A stretch of 18,824 nucleotides of DNA, from the NCBI GenBank assembly GCA_034440375.1, contig JAWXBZ010000038.1, positions 1-18,824 of the forward strand. Direction: 5' to 3'. Shown piece after piece: positions 1-11,533 of the stretch; within the stretch, counting starts at the first letter, position 1, and every line of letters begins with the position of its first letter. The translations under genes were made by a program, and so were the position numbers. This DNA is from Candidatus Eiseniibacteriota bacterium (GTDB taxonomy: Bacteria > Eisenbacteria > RBG-16-71-46 > JABDJR01 > JAWXBZ01). The notes beneath the pieces were generated by a model that was given only the letters and a program-made list of their open reading frames with translations, did no database searches and had not been told where the DNA came from.

Positions 1-85
1 GCGGGGGACGGGCTGGCTGGTGAACGGGCACGCCACAGCCGGCAGGCGGTCGTAATTCGACCGTCCAATTCGTCCAACACCCTCA

Positions 86-196
86 GGGCGCGGATTCTGG
101 CTGACGGAGATGATGTTGCCCTGCGGGATACTGCTGGCCGTCGGGGTCATCGGCTTCGCGCTGGGGGCGAAGGCGTTCCGCTGGACGGAGGGATAG
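86..196 (+). pseudogene. Orphan C-terminal fragment of an ABC-2-type transporter permease
   Basis: Frame reads GRGFWLTEMMLPCGILLAVGVIGFALGAKAFRWTEG-TAG(194-196): one hydrophobic helix ending in FRWxE, resembling the WRG...FRWE tail of ABC-2 permeases. The same frame has TAA at 53-55, so it is cut off from any upstream part. Not listed in the ORF track. Confidence 0.55.
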
Positions 197-209
197 GCGG
201 AGGGTACGG

Positions 210-1253
210 CTATTGGAATTCCGTCGACCTCGCCAAGGAAACCCCCGATAAAAAGGCCCCCTCCACGCCACCGGAATCCGAGAACGTTTCGCCGCAGAGG
301 CCGAGTTCGCCGCCGCCATCCACTTGCAACCAGGCTGGTTGGGCCACCGGGCCGGAACCGGCCGGGAGGCGCGCCCAGCGCCAGCGATGCGGCCAGGTCC
401 ATTCCGGCCTTGTCGCCCAGGAGCCGAGGACTTCGCCGGCTTCCCAGACGAGATCGGCAGTCCAGTCGGCTTCCCCGATTTCCAGTTGCTGCGTCGAGTA
501 GCGTGGTCGAGCCTGCAGCACGAGGACGCGCCAGTCCGGTGAATCTCGCTTGGCCGAATCGTGAACAAGGCTGTGGAGGATGGTGGTGTCGATGGGGTAG
601 GCGGCCTCGAATGGCGGTTCCGCCGAATCGGGATTGTACCCGGCAACGACAGTCAGGCACGGAACCGGCTGGATCGCTGACAGGTGGTTGATCCACTCGC
701 GATCCGCGGCCTCCAGCCGCGCGGACAGCGGCTCAAGCAGGCGCAGTGCCTGGGGAGCGGCCAAAGCCAGAATGACACGAGGGGCGCGAAATCGGCGACC
801 ATCAGTGGCCTGGGCTTCGATAGTCCCCGGCATCGCGTGCAGTAGCGAGATGGTGACCTCCGTGCGGACATCGAGAGAGCGGGCCAGGAACTTTGGAAAC
901 GCAGAAACGCCCTCCTGGATGGCCAGTCGTCGTTGATCGGAACTGAACGCCGCGGGCTGACAGGCCAGGCGCGGCTGATCCACCGTGTGCGGCCAGCCGG
1001 GCAGCAGTCGGCACGACGGGTCGGCGGTCGAGCACGACTCCACCACTCCCAGAAAATGCGGATGGGTGCCGTGGAGAAAGGGAACCCCGTAGTCAACGCG
1101 CTGGCCATGCAGTGTCTTGGTGGCGCAGCGTCCTCCCACGCCACGGGCGCGGTCGAGAACCACAACCTTCCGCCCCTGGCGGGCGAACTCACCGGCGGCG
1201 GCGAGCCCGCTGACACCGGCTCCGATCACGAGAACATCGGCCTCGAATTCCAT
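210..1253 (-). CDS. Renalase-family / amine-oxidase-like FAD-dependent NAD(P)-binding oxidoreductase (347 aa)
   Basis: Start taken at MEFEADVLVIGAGVSGLAAA (Rossmann GxGxxG). Also GVGGRCAT, DYGVPF, HRWRWA and C-terminal CGETF..GGVEGAFLSG, all typical of bacterial renalase-like proteins. The upstream extension to 1679 overlaps the E1 gene and is rejected. Confidence 0.85.
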   Translation of the reverse strand: MEFEADVLVIGAGVSGLAAAGEFARQGRKVVVLDRARGVGGRCATKTLHGQRVDYGVPFLHGTHPHFLGVVESCSTADPSCRLLPGWPHTVDQPRLACQPAAFSSDQRRLAIQEGVSAFPKFLARSLDVRTEVTISLLHAMPGTIEAQATDGRRFRAPRVILALAAPQALRLLEPLSARLEAADREWINHLSAIQPVPCLTVVAGYNPDSAEPPFEAAYPIDTTILHSLVHDSAKRDSPDWRVLVLQARPRYSTQQLEIGEADWTADLVWEAGEVLGSWATRPEWTWPHRWRWARLPAGSGPVAQPAWLQVDGGGELGLCGETFSDSGGVEGAFLSGVSLARSTEFQ

Positions 1254-1342
1254 GTCGGTGAATGTATCAGGATTGAGGTTGGGGTCGAGTGTCACCCGAG
1301 CAGGCCCAGGATGGTCTCGCGACTTACAAGTGCGAGGTCCGA

Positions 1343-3424
1343 CTAGTACCTCGCCAGCTCCAGCGCCGCCTTGAACACGTTGGCCTCGTGCGGCAGCACC
1401 GCATCTTCGAGGATTCGAGAAAACGGTACGGGGGAGTCCTGGCTGCCGACGCGACGGATCGGAGCGTCGAGGTACTCGAAGGCGAGGTCGCTGATTCGGG
1501 CGGCCACTTCGCCGCCGATGCCGCCGGTCACCTTGTCTTCGTGGACGATCAGGGCGCGGCCGGTCTTCCTGACCGTGTTGATGATCGCCTCGTGATCCAT
1601 CGGGACGATGCTGCGCAGGTCGAGAACATCGCATTCGATGGCGTGATCCTCGGCAAGTTTGCGGGCGGCTCGCAGGCACCAGTGCACCGTGGTGCCGTAG
1701 CTGATCATCGAGAGGTCGCTGCCCTCGCGGCGCAGGCGGGCCTTGCCGAAGGGGACGACGAAATCGGGGCCGGGGTGCTTCGTCTTGCAGAAGGTCTGAT
1801 TGTACAGATACTTCGGCTCGAGGAAGAACGTGGGGCCACGGTTGGCCATGGCATGGCGAAGCATGCCCATCGCATCATCCGGGAAAGCCGGGACGACCAC
1901 GCGCAGACCGGGCAGCGTCATGAGCATCGCTTCCAGGTTTTGGCTGTGATAGAGGCCGCCGCCGATGTAGCCGCCCGAGGCCAGTCGAATCAACACGTTC
2001 GGGGCAAACTGACCGTTGCTGCGGTAGTAGTCGTGGCTGAGTTCGACGACCTGCTCGACGCTGGGCCACAGATAATCGGCAAACTGGGCCGCTTCGATGA
2101 CGATTCGAATCTTGTCGTCATGACGGCTGAAGCCGTTGGCGGTGCCGACGATGAAGTCCTCGGCGATCGGCGCGTTGAACACCCGTTTCTCGCCGAATGC
2201 CTGCTGCATCCCCTTGGTGACGAGGAAAACCCCCCCCTTTTCCTTGCTGGCCACATCCTGGCCCCAGAGAAACGTATCCGGGTTCTTGTGGAACTGCTCG
2301 TGAAGTGTTTCATTGATGGCTTCGCGCAGCGTGATGTCCCGTTCCTCGTACTGTGGCTCAAGGGCCGCGCGCGATGGCAGGACTTCGGCGGGATAGACGA
2401 AGTCGGTGGCCGTGGCCGGATCCGGCAGGGCGGCCGCTTCGGCCCGCGTGCAGGCGTCATCCAGTTCGGTGGCGTTGTCGATTTCGAGTGCCTCGATGAC
2501 CGTCAGCGGCAACCGCTCCACCTCCAGGAGATGCTTGCGCATCCGGGCCAGTGGATAAAACGACCTGGCCTCGGCCAGTTCCTCGACCTCGCGGTACAGT
2601 TCCTGGCGGTCCGAGTTGGAGTGCGCGAAGTAACGAACGCACTGGGCGTGCACCATAACCGGGCCGACGCCGCTCTTGATGATCGTGACGGCCTTCTTCA
2701 TGGCATTCATGGAGTCAAAGGGATTGGTCCCATCGCAATTGATGATGGTCAGGTTCTTGAAGCCACGGAAATTGTCCGAGACGACCGAGTTGGCCGTCTG
2801 CTCGTGAACCGGCACCGAGATGCCGTACCCGTTGTTCTGGATCACGAAGACGATCGGGAGTTTTTCGCGGCTGGCACCGTTGACGGCCTCGAAGACGTAC
2901 CCCTCGCTGCAGCTCGATTCGCCCTGGCTCGTGTATACGATGCTGTCGGTGCCGTAGTACTTGTTGGCCCGGGCCAGTCCGACGCCGTGGAGCGTGTGGT
3001 TTCCGGTGCAGCTGGACACGTTCCAGATGTTGATTTCCTGCTTGGCGAAGTGGTTGCTCATGTGGCGGCCGCCGGAAGCAACATCATCCCGCCGGGAGAG
3101 GCCGTTGAGAACGATCTCGTAGGGCGAGATGCCGCCGGCGAGGCAGGTCAGGAGGTCCCGGTAGTAGGGAAACAGATGATCCTGGCTCTGGCGGAAGGTA
3201 AGGCCGAAGGCCACCTGGATGCCGCCATGGCCGATGACCGGGGCGTGATAGGACCACCCCTGGGCCTTCTTGATATAGAACTTGGCCCGATCGTCAATGA
3301 TCGTGGCCATGTGCATCTGCCGATACCAGTTGATCTGGGTCTTGATCTCCGGCCGGTCCTTGGAAACCGGCAGGGGCTTGAGCTCGACATCTGATTCAAC
3401 CTTAAACTTAAGCACTGTAGCCAT
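1343..3424 (-). CDS. 2-oxoacid dehydrogenase E1 component, fused alpha+beta subunits (branched-chain/pyruvate type), 693 aa
   Basis: Alpha part: YYRD, SGGRHMSNH, TPP motif variant SQGESSCSEG...QNNGYGIS, HSNSD. Beta part: GQDVA..KGGVF.VTKG, FNAPIAE, GGGLYHSQ, FLEPKYLY, VLDLRS, VHED. GGAG Shine-Dalgarno 7 nt upstream of the ATG. Confidence 0.95.
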   Translation of the reverse strand: MATVLKFKVESDVELKPLPVSKDRPEIKTQINWYRQMHMATIIDDRAKFYIKKAQGWSYHAPVIGHGGIQVAFGLTFRQSQDHLFPYYRDLLTCLAGGISPYEIVLNGLSRRDDVASGGRHMSNHFAKQEINIWNVSSCTGNHTLHGVGLARANKYYGTDSIVYTSQGESSCSEGYVFEAVNGASREKLPIVFVIQNNGYGISVPVHEQTANSVVSDNFRGFKNLTIINCDGTNPFDSMNAMKKAVTIIKSGVGPVMVHAQCVRYFAHSNSDRQELYREVEELAEARSFYPLARMRKHLLEVERLPLTVIEALEIDNATELDDACTRAEAAALPDPATATDFVYPAEVLPSRAALEPQYEERDITLREAINETLHEQFHKNPDTFLWGQDVASKEKGGVFLVTKGMQQAFGEKRVFNAPIAEDFIVGTANGFSRHDDKIRIVIEAAQFADYLWPSVEQVVELSHDYYRSNGQFAPNVLIRLASGGYIGGGLYHSQNLEAMLMTLPGLRVVVPAFPDDAMGMLRHAMANRGPTFFLEPKYLYNQTFCKTKHPGPDFVVPFGKARLRREGSDLSMISYGTTVHWCLRAARKLAEDHAIECDVLDLRSIVPMDHEAIINTVRKTGRALIVHEDKVTGGIGGEVAARISDLAFEYLDAPIRRVGSQDSPVPFSRILEDAVLPHEANVFKAALELARY

Positions 3425-3490
3425 TTATGTGCTCCAGGGTAACCTTTGGAGTCCGAAGGACCCGACACGATCAGATTAACCGATAACCCT

Positions 3491-3496
3491 ATTATA
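3491..3496 (-). promoter_or_regulatory. Putative sigma70 -10 box for the E1 gene
   Basis: Perfect TATAAT on the minus strand in an AT-rich patch about 67 nt upstream of the ATG. No correctly spaced -35 box is evident. Confidence 0.45.
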
Positions 3497-3550
3497 GACA
3501 GTCCGCGGGCGCAAGGGACTCAGCCTTGTTTGAGATGGTCGCCGGAAGGC

Positions 3551-3586
3551 AAAGAAGAGGGGGCGCGGCCGGCGGCAGCGCCCCCC
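3551..3586 (-). terminator. Rho-independent terminator after the DNRLRE-domain gene
   Basis: GGGGGCGC (3559-3566) / GCGCCCCC (3578-3585) stem followed on the minus strand by TCTTCTTT, 25 nt past the stop at 3611. Confidence 0.65.
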
Positions 3587-3610
3587 TTCACCCCTCGCGG
3601 GGAGCTTGAT

Positions 3611-4582
3611 CTAGGGAAAATCGGGCGGATTGGCTGCCCAGGTCACGGTACCGGTCAGCGCCCCGCCACAACTGGGGCCGGTACAGTCGGTCGATCCGAT
3701 GGAGGCGCCGGCTGGTGAGTCGATCGTCCAGTTGACGCCAAAGGTCGGCTCCGCCGGGCTCGGATCGCGATAGGCCTCAAGAATGTCGGTGACATCCCAC
3801 TCGATTTTCCATGGGGGACCCGAATCCGCGACATCGATCAGTGTGCCAAGGGAGAGGTTGCCGATGTTCGGCCGGTTCAGCCAGTTGACCTCGGACGGAT
3901 CGAAATCCTGCATGATGTTGCAGAGCACCTGGGGCGAGTCGGAGTCGAACATTTCCGAAAATGCCCAACCGGTCATCCGCGCTTGAATGACGTGAGAACC
4001 CCACGTCATGGCCGGTGCCGACAGCTTGAGGAGCGACTGAAACTGCGAACCGGGGCCCGACTTGCGGCCGATCCGGAAGTAATCCATATCCTCATAGTTG
4101 TTGATCGGATCCTCCAGGGAGACCCAGGTGTCCCTGATCAGGAGCGGGCTCTGGTGGATCTGCGCCAGCGGGATATTGAAGCTGCCGGTCGATCGGTCGA
4201 TCACGATCTCCTTCATCCGCTCGTCGAAGCCGTCCAGCCATGTCTTCACCTGGTAGGTGCCTGGTTCGACTCCCGACAAACTGAAGTTGCCGTTGGCACC
4301 GGTCAGGATGCTGTAGTCAACCTCGGGGCCGTCGAAAGTGAGTTGCACCCCCGGGACACCCACGCCGGACTCGAAATCGAAAGTGCGGCCGGCAATGGTG
4401 AATGGGCCGCCGTCAAATGTGTGTCGAAGAATTTCCTTGTCGCAGCCGCATCGCTTGTAGAAGGCGGCATCACCGACGATCAGGAGGGCTCCGAAAAGAA
4501 GGCAACGGCCGGCACGGCCGGCCACGATCAGGTCGTTCAGTTCGCGGAGGATGGCGCGGGTCCTGGTACGGAGCGTCCTCAC
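3611..4582 (-). CDS. Exported/membrane-anchored protein with carboxypeptidase-regulatory-like beta-sandwich plus DNRLRE (CBM96-like) domain, about 323 aa
   Basis: GTG start 1 nt after the upstream TGA, preceded by AAGGGG. N-terminal hydrophobic segment. TGANGNFSLSGVEPGTYQV is carboxypeptidase-regulatory-like. DTWVS..P.NNY...F.IG...SLLKL...VIQARM...VNWLNRP...WDVTDI follows the DNRLRE pattern. Confidence 0.7.
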   Translation of the reverse strand: MRTLRTRTRAILRELNDLIVAGRAGRCLLFGALLIVGDAAFYKRCGCDKEILRHTFDGGPFTIAGRTFDFESGVGVPGVQLTFDGPEVDYSILTGANGNFSLSGVEPGTYQVKTWLDGFDERMKEIVIDRSTGSFNIPLAQIHQSPLLIRDTWVSLEDPINNYEDMDYFRIGRKSGPGSQFQSLLKLSAPAMTWGSHVIQARMTGWAFSEMFDSDSPQVLCNIMQDFDPSEVNWLNRPNIGNLSLGTLIDVADSGPPWKIEWDVTDILEAYRDPSPAEPTFGVNWTIDSPAGASIGSTDCTGPSCGGALTGTVTWAANPPDFP

Positions 4583-4583
4583 G

Positions 4584-5249
4584 TCACATCCCCTTTCCGA
4601 AGCCGCCGAAATCAAACGTCATGCGGCCCATGAGAGAAAGGTACTTGTTTCCGCTGTTGTCCTCGCGCGGGAGATGGTGATAGCGAAGCTCGGCCCCGAA
4701 GTTGGTGGACTTGTCGGAATAACGGGTCAGCACGCCGAAGCCGAGATTCAGGCCGAAGTCGGTGCAGTTGCAGCCGTCCACGCCGCCGATTTTCTTGTTG
4801 TAGGCCCCGGCGCCGCCGGAAAGCTGAAAGAGGACGTCCCGGTAGTTCATGGCGTCGTAGGTCACCAGCCCAAAGGCTGGTATCAGCGAGTAGTCGACCT
4901 GAACCGTTTCACCGCCGGACCCTTGTACGGTTGCATCGCCGAGGCCATACCAGCCGATCACTGCGCCGACACTGAGGCCCGGTTTCCAGACTTCACGGTG
5001 ATATCCGAAGTCGCCACCGATGAAGCCGGCCGGCGCACCGGCGGTGACATCGTCGGTGTACCCGAAGCCGGCGCCGATCCGAAAACCCGGATAGAGGGAG
5101 CTGCGACCCGGCCCGCACTGGAGTCCGGAACCATCATGTGGCCCGGCAAGTGCGGGACCGATCATGGTGAGGGGTGCGATCGCCATCGTGGCGAGTACCG
5201 CCGCGATCGTGGCGAATGACCGTGCGAATTGAGGCACGGGATGTTCCAT
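4584..5249 (-). CDS. Small outer-membrane beta-barrel protein (OmpA/OmpW-like membrane domain), 221 aa
   Basis: ATG preceded by GGAGG. Sec-type signal (..MIGPALA). Alternating Gly/aromatic strands (FRIGAGFGY, LSGGAGAY, FGLNLGFG, FGAELRYH, MGRMTFDF). Confidence 0.75.
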   Translation of the reverse strand: MEHPVPQFARSFATIAAVLATMAIAPLTMIGPALAGPHDGSGLQCGPGRSSLYPGFRIGAGFGYTDDVTAGAPAGFIGGDFGYHREVWKPGLSVGAVIGWYGLGDATVQGSGGETVQVDYSLIPAFGLVTYDAMNYRDVLFQLSGGAGAYNKKIGGVDGCNCTDFGLNLGFGVLTRYSDKSTNFGAELRYHHLPREDNSGNKYLSLMGRMTFDFGGFGKGM

Positions 5250-5363
5250 GTCGGGGTGTCCTCCCTGGCATGAGATGAACTGGGCGGACAGCGCGAAGCC
5301 TCCGGCTGTTGCCGTGGCCGCCCTTGAACTCACGAACCCAACTCAGAGGCTGTAACGGGCTGG

Positions 5364-5394
5364 AAGATAGCATACTGGACGGAGTCACCGGCAA
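5364..5394 (-). promoter_or_regulatory. Putative extended -10 promoter for the barrel/DNRLRE operon
   Basis: TGcTATCTT on the minus strand (5372-5364), with TTGCCG (5394-5389) at a non-optimal 19-nt spacing. Confidence 0.3.
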
Positions 5395-5608
5395 GGGCCG
5401 GAGCGGTCAGGCTCCCCCCATCGTTGGTCATCGCGAAGCGACAAGATTGCGCAATTCCTTCTCTGTACGTCTAGTTCGTAGGAGTAGACACCACTGGCGA
5501 GACCGTCCCTGCTCCATTCGAAGGTGTGCGGTGAACATGAATTCATTGGGTTGAGGGCTCTCGCAAGATCCGTCTGATGGTCGATCGCGTCAGATCATCA
5601 CCATCCAA

Positions 5609-6526
5609 TTGACGAGGGTCGAAGGCCGAGCGATCAAAGGACGCACATCCGACGCGACACCACGCCGGAAGCTGGGATCTGTCGAGTTCGTCGGTCGCGA
5701 GGAGTTCGAGGGGATGGAACTGGATCCCAAGGTCGAGCTGATCAAGGACCTGGTTCCTATTGGCCTCATGCACATTCAGATGTTGCTGGAAGAGGAAGTC
5801 GAGGAACTGGCCGAGGTTTGGTATGCGCGGAAGTCCGAGGCTGCGGCTGGCCGCCGCTTTGGAAGCAATCCGGGCACGGTTCGGCTGGCCGGCCAACGGG
5901 TGCCGATCGAGGTGCCGCGGATCCGCGGTACGCAAGGTGAGGTGCCGCTCCGATCGTACAGGGCGTTGAAGGGGCGTGGCGACGTGGACGAGAACCTGCT
6001 GCGCCGGGTCCTGTACTGGATCTCCTGTCGGAACTACGAGGCAGCGGCGGAAGCCATTCCAGGGGCCATCGGGTTGTCGAGTTCATCGGTGTCGCGGTCA
6101 TTCGTGGAGGCGAGCTCAGCGAAGCTGAAGGAGTTCCAGGACCGGGACCTGTCCAAGGACGACATTCTCGCCATCTTCCTGGATGGGAAGAGCTTCGCCG
6201 ACGAGATGATGGTCATTGCGATGGGCATAACGGCTGAAGGCAAGAAGAAGATCCTCGGGTTCGTGCAGACGGACACGGAGAACGAGAAGGTGTTGACGCC
6301 GTTTCTTCGGTCCCTGATGGAACGGGGGCTGGACGTCTCGAACGGGCTACTGGTGATTCAGGACGGCGGGAAAGGCTTGCTCAGTGCCGTGAAGAAGGCG
6401 TTCCGCGGTCGGGTGGTCGTGCAGCGGTGCCTGTGGCACAAGCGAGAGAACGTGGTCAGCTACCTGCCGCGAGACGAGCAGGCGATCTGGCGGAAGCGCC
6501 TTCAGAGGGCGTACGACCGGCCGACT
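5609..6526 (+). pseudogene. IS256 (Mutator-type) transposase, 3'-truncated; 5' half of the fused ORF 5609..7396
   Basis: VPIEVPRIR, ISCRNY, LSSSSVSR, FLDGK (D1), IQDGGKGL (D2), VQRCLWHKRENV (CxxH). The C-terminal TTNxxE region with the catalytic Glu is absent. Start codon uncertain. Confidence 0.85.
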
Positions 6527-7396
6527 CATAAGGCGATGAGCTACGGCCGGATGAAGAAAGATATGCCGCGCCTGGCGGCCGAGGTGAAGCGTTGGTTCAA
6601 GGAAGCTGAGATCACCGATCGGTCCGAAGACAGGCAGTACGGCCCCGAGCTTCGGGGTGACGAGCTTCCTTCGTGGGTGGCCAATAAGCAGCAGCGTGTG
6701 GCGAAGATGCAGGAAGCCATGGAGGCGCTGGAGGCCGAGGCGAAAGCCGAAGCCGAGGGGAAGAAGGCCCGGGATGGAAAAGGCGGTCCGAAGCCGGGCC
6801 GGCCATCCGAATCACCGCCGGGTGTTCCCCGGGACAAAGCGCAGCGGAACTTCACGGACCCGGACAGCCGGATCATGAAGACCAAAGACGGCTTCGAGCA
6901 GGCCTACAACGCTCAGGCGGCTGTTGATGCCGCGAGCCAGGTGATCGTGGCCCAACTGGTCACCCGGTCGGGAAACGACAAGCAGCAACTGGCGCCGATG
7001 GTGGCTCAGATCAAGGAGAACACGGGCCGGCAGGCGGAAGAGTTGTCGGCCGACTCGGGGTACTGTTCGGAAGAGAACTTGAAGGAACTGAATCGGCGGC
7101 ACATCAGCGGTTACATCGCCACCGGCCGTCAGAAACATGGCGAGTCCTCGGCCACCGGCGAGCGCCGGTCGACACCGGGAACTCGGACCCATGCCATGAA
7201 GGTCAAACTGAAGAGGGCCGGTTATCGAAGTCGATACCGACTGCGAAAGCAAACCGTGGAACCCGTCTTCGGTCAGATCAAGGAAGGCCGAGGGTTCCGA
7301 AGGTTCCTGCTTCGAGGGATCGAAAAAGTTCACGGCGAGTGGAGCCTGATCTGCGCTGCCCACAACTTCCTGAAATGGGCCAGGGCGGTAGCGTGA
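6527..7396 (+). pseudogene. IS1182-family transposase, 5'-truncated; 3' half of the fused ORF 5609..7396
   Basis: HKAMSYGRM, RGDELP, QRNFTDPDSRIMK, QAYNAQAAVD, SADSGY, YRLRKQTVEPVFGQIK.RGFRRFLLRG..KV.GEW.L.C.AHN. Lacks the N-terminal domain and the first-Asp DGTKxxANAS motif. Confidence 0.85.
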
Positions 7397-7550
7397 ACGG
7401 GCAAAAAGGCGAGAAGCCGCGCGTTCGGCCCGAAATGCGCGTGCGAGACATCCCATAAGTTCAGATCGCTGCGGAGAAACCGAGCGAACAGTAGCCACCC
7501 GGGGAGTTCGGATCATGGCCAGCAAGGAACATCTGCTCGTCGTTGCCATT

Positions 7551-7568
7551 ACTCTGACAGGCTCCTAG
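7551..7568 (+). repeat. Putative IS1182-type right terminal inverted repeat plus CTAG target
   Basis: Reverse complement reads CTAG-GAGCCTGTCAGAGT, about 155 nt downstream of the transposase stop and 13 nt from the metH stop. Confidence 0.6.
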
Positions 7569-7581
7569 CTTGGGTGCCGCC

Positions 7582-11292
<3,711 letters not shown>

Positions 11293-11337
11293 GTATCGGG
11301 CCTCGAGTCTGGTACATCCAAGTTGTTTGAGCCCAAG

Positions 11338-11366
11338 ATGATACCGAAATAGAAGCGATTCGGCAA
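11338..11366 (-). promoter_or_regulatory. Putative sigma70 promoter of metH
   Basis: TTGCCG (11366-11361), 17-nt spacer, TATCAT (11343-11338), 45 nt upstream of the GTG. Confidence 0.6.
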
Positions 11367-11533
11367 AGAAACTGACCTTTGGCCTGTTCCGGGGTACAAC
11401 CAACTCAACAGACACGGCGCACGATCCGTCTATCGTCGACGTCAGTCGACGCCGGGCGCATGGTCCCGTATTCTGCTGGTCGCCCGTCCCCAAATTGATC
11501 GTTTCATTTCTGATCCCCGCATGGAGGCACCTG

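Larger units (their letters stand above)
5450..7564 (+). mobile_element. Chimeric insertion-sequence remnant: IS256-family left part plus IS1182-family right part (left boundary uncertain)
   Basis: Contains the hybrid transposase ORF. Right end ACTCTGACAGGCTC followed by CTAG (7565-7568) resembles IS1182/IS5-type termini and targets. No matching left inverted repeat found. Confidence 0.75.

Noticed and set aside
1254-1679. N-terminal extension of the renalase-like ORF
   Set aside because: Arg/Pro-rich off-frame overlap with the E1 gene; the Rossmann motif follows directly on the Met at 1253.
1289-3394. 701-aa plus-strand ORF
   Set aside because: Antisense shadow of the E1 gene produced by high-GC codon bias; no recognisable motifs.
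5346-5359. GAGGCTGTAACGGG as the left inverted repeat pairing with 7551-7564
   Set aside because: Only 9 of 14 positions match, there is no flanking CTAG, and it lies in the probable promoter/leader of the barrel gene.
5537-5608. In-frame ATG...TGA (5552-5554) upstream of the transposase as recoding or selenocysteine
   Set aside because: No recognisable SECIS or redox context; better explained by an uncertain start or pseudogene decay.
6812-7549. 245-aa minus-strand ORF within the IS
   Set aside because: Antisense to the IS1182 portion; no domain signal.
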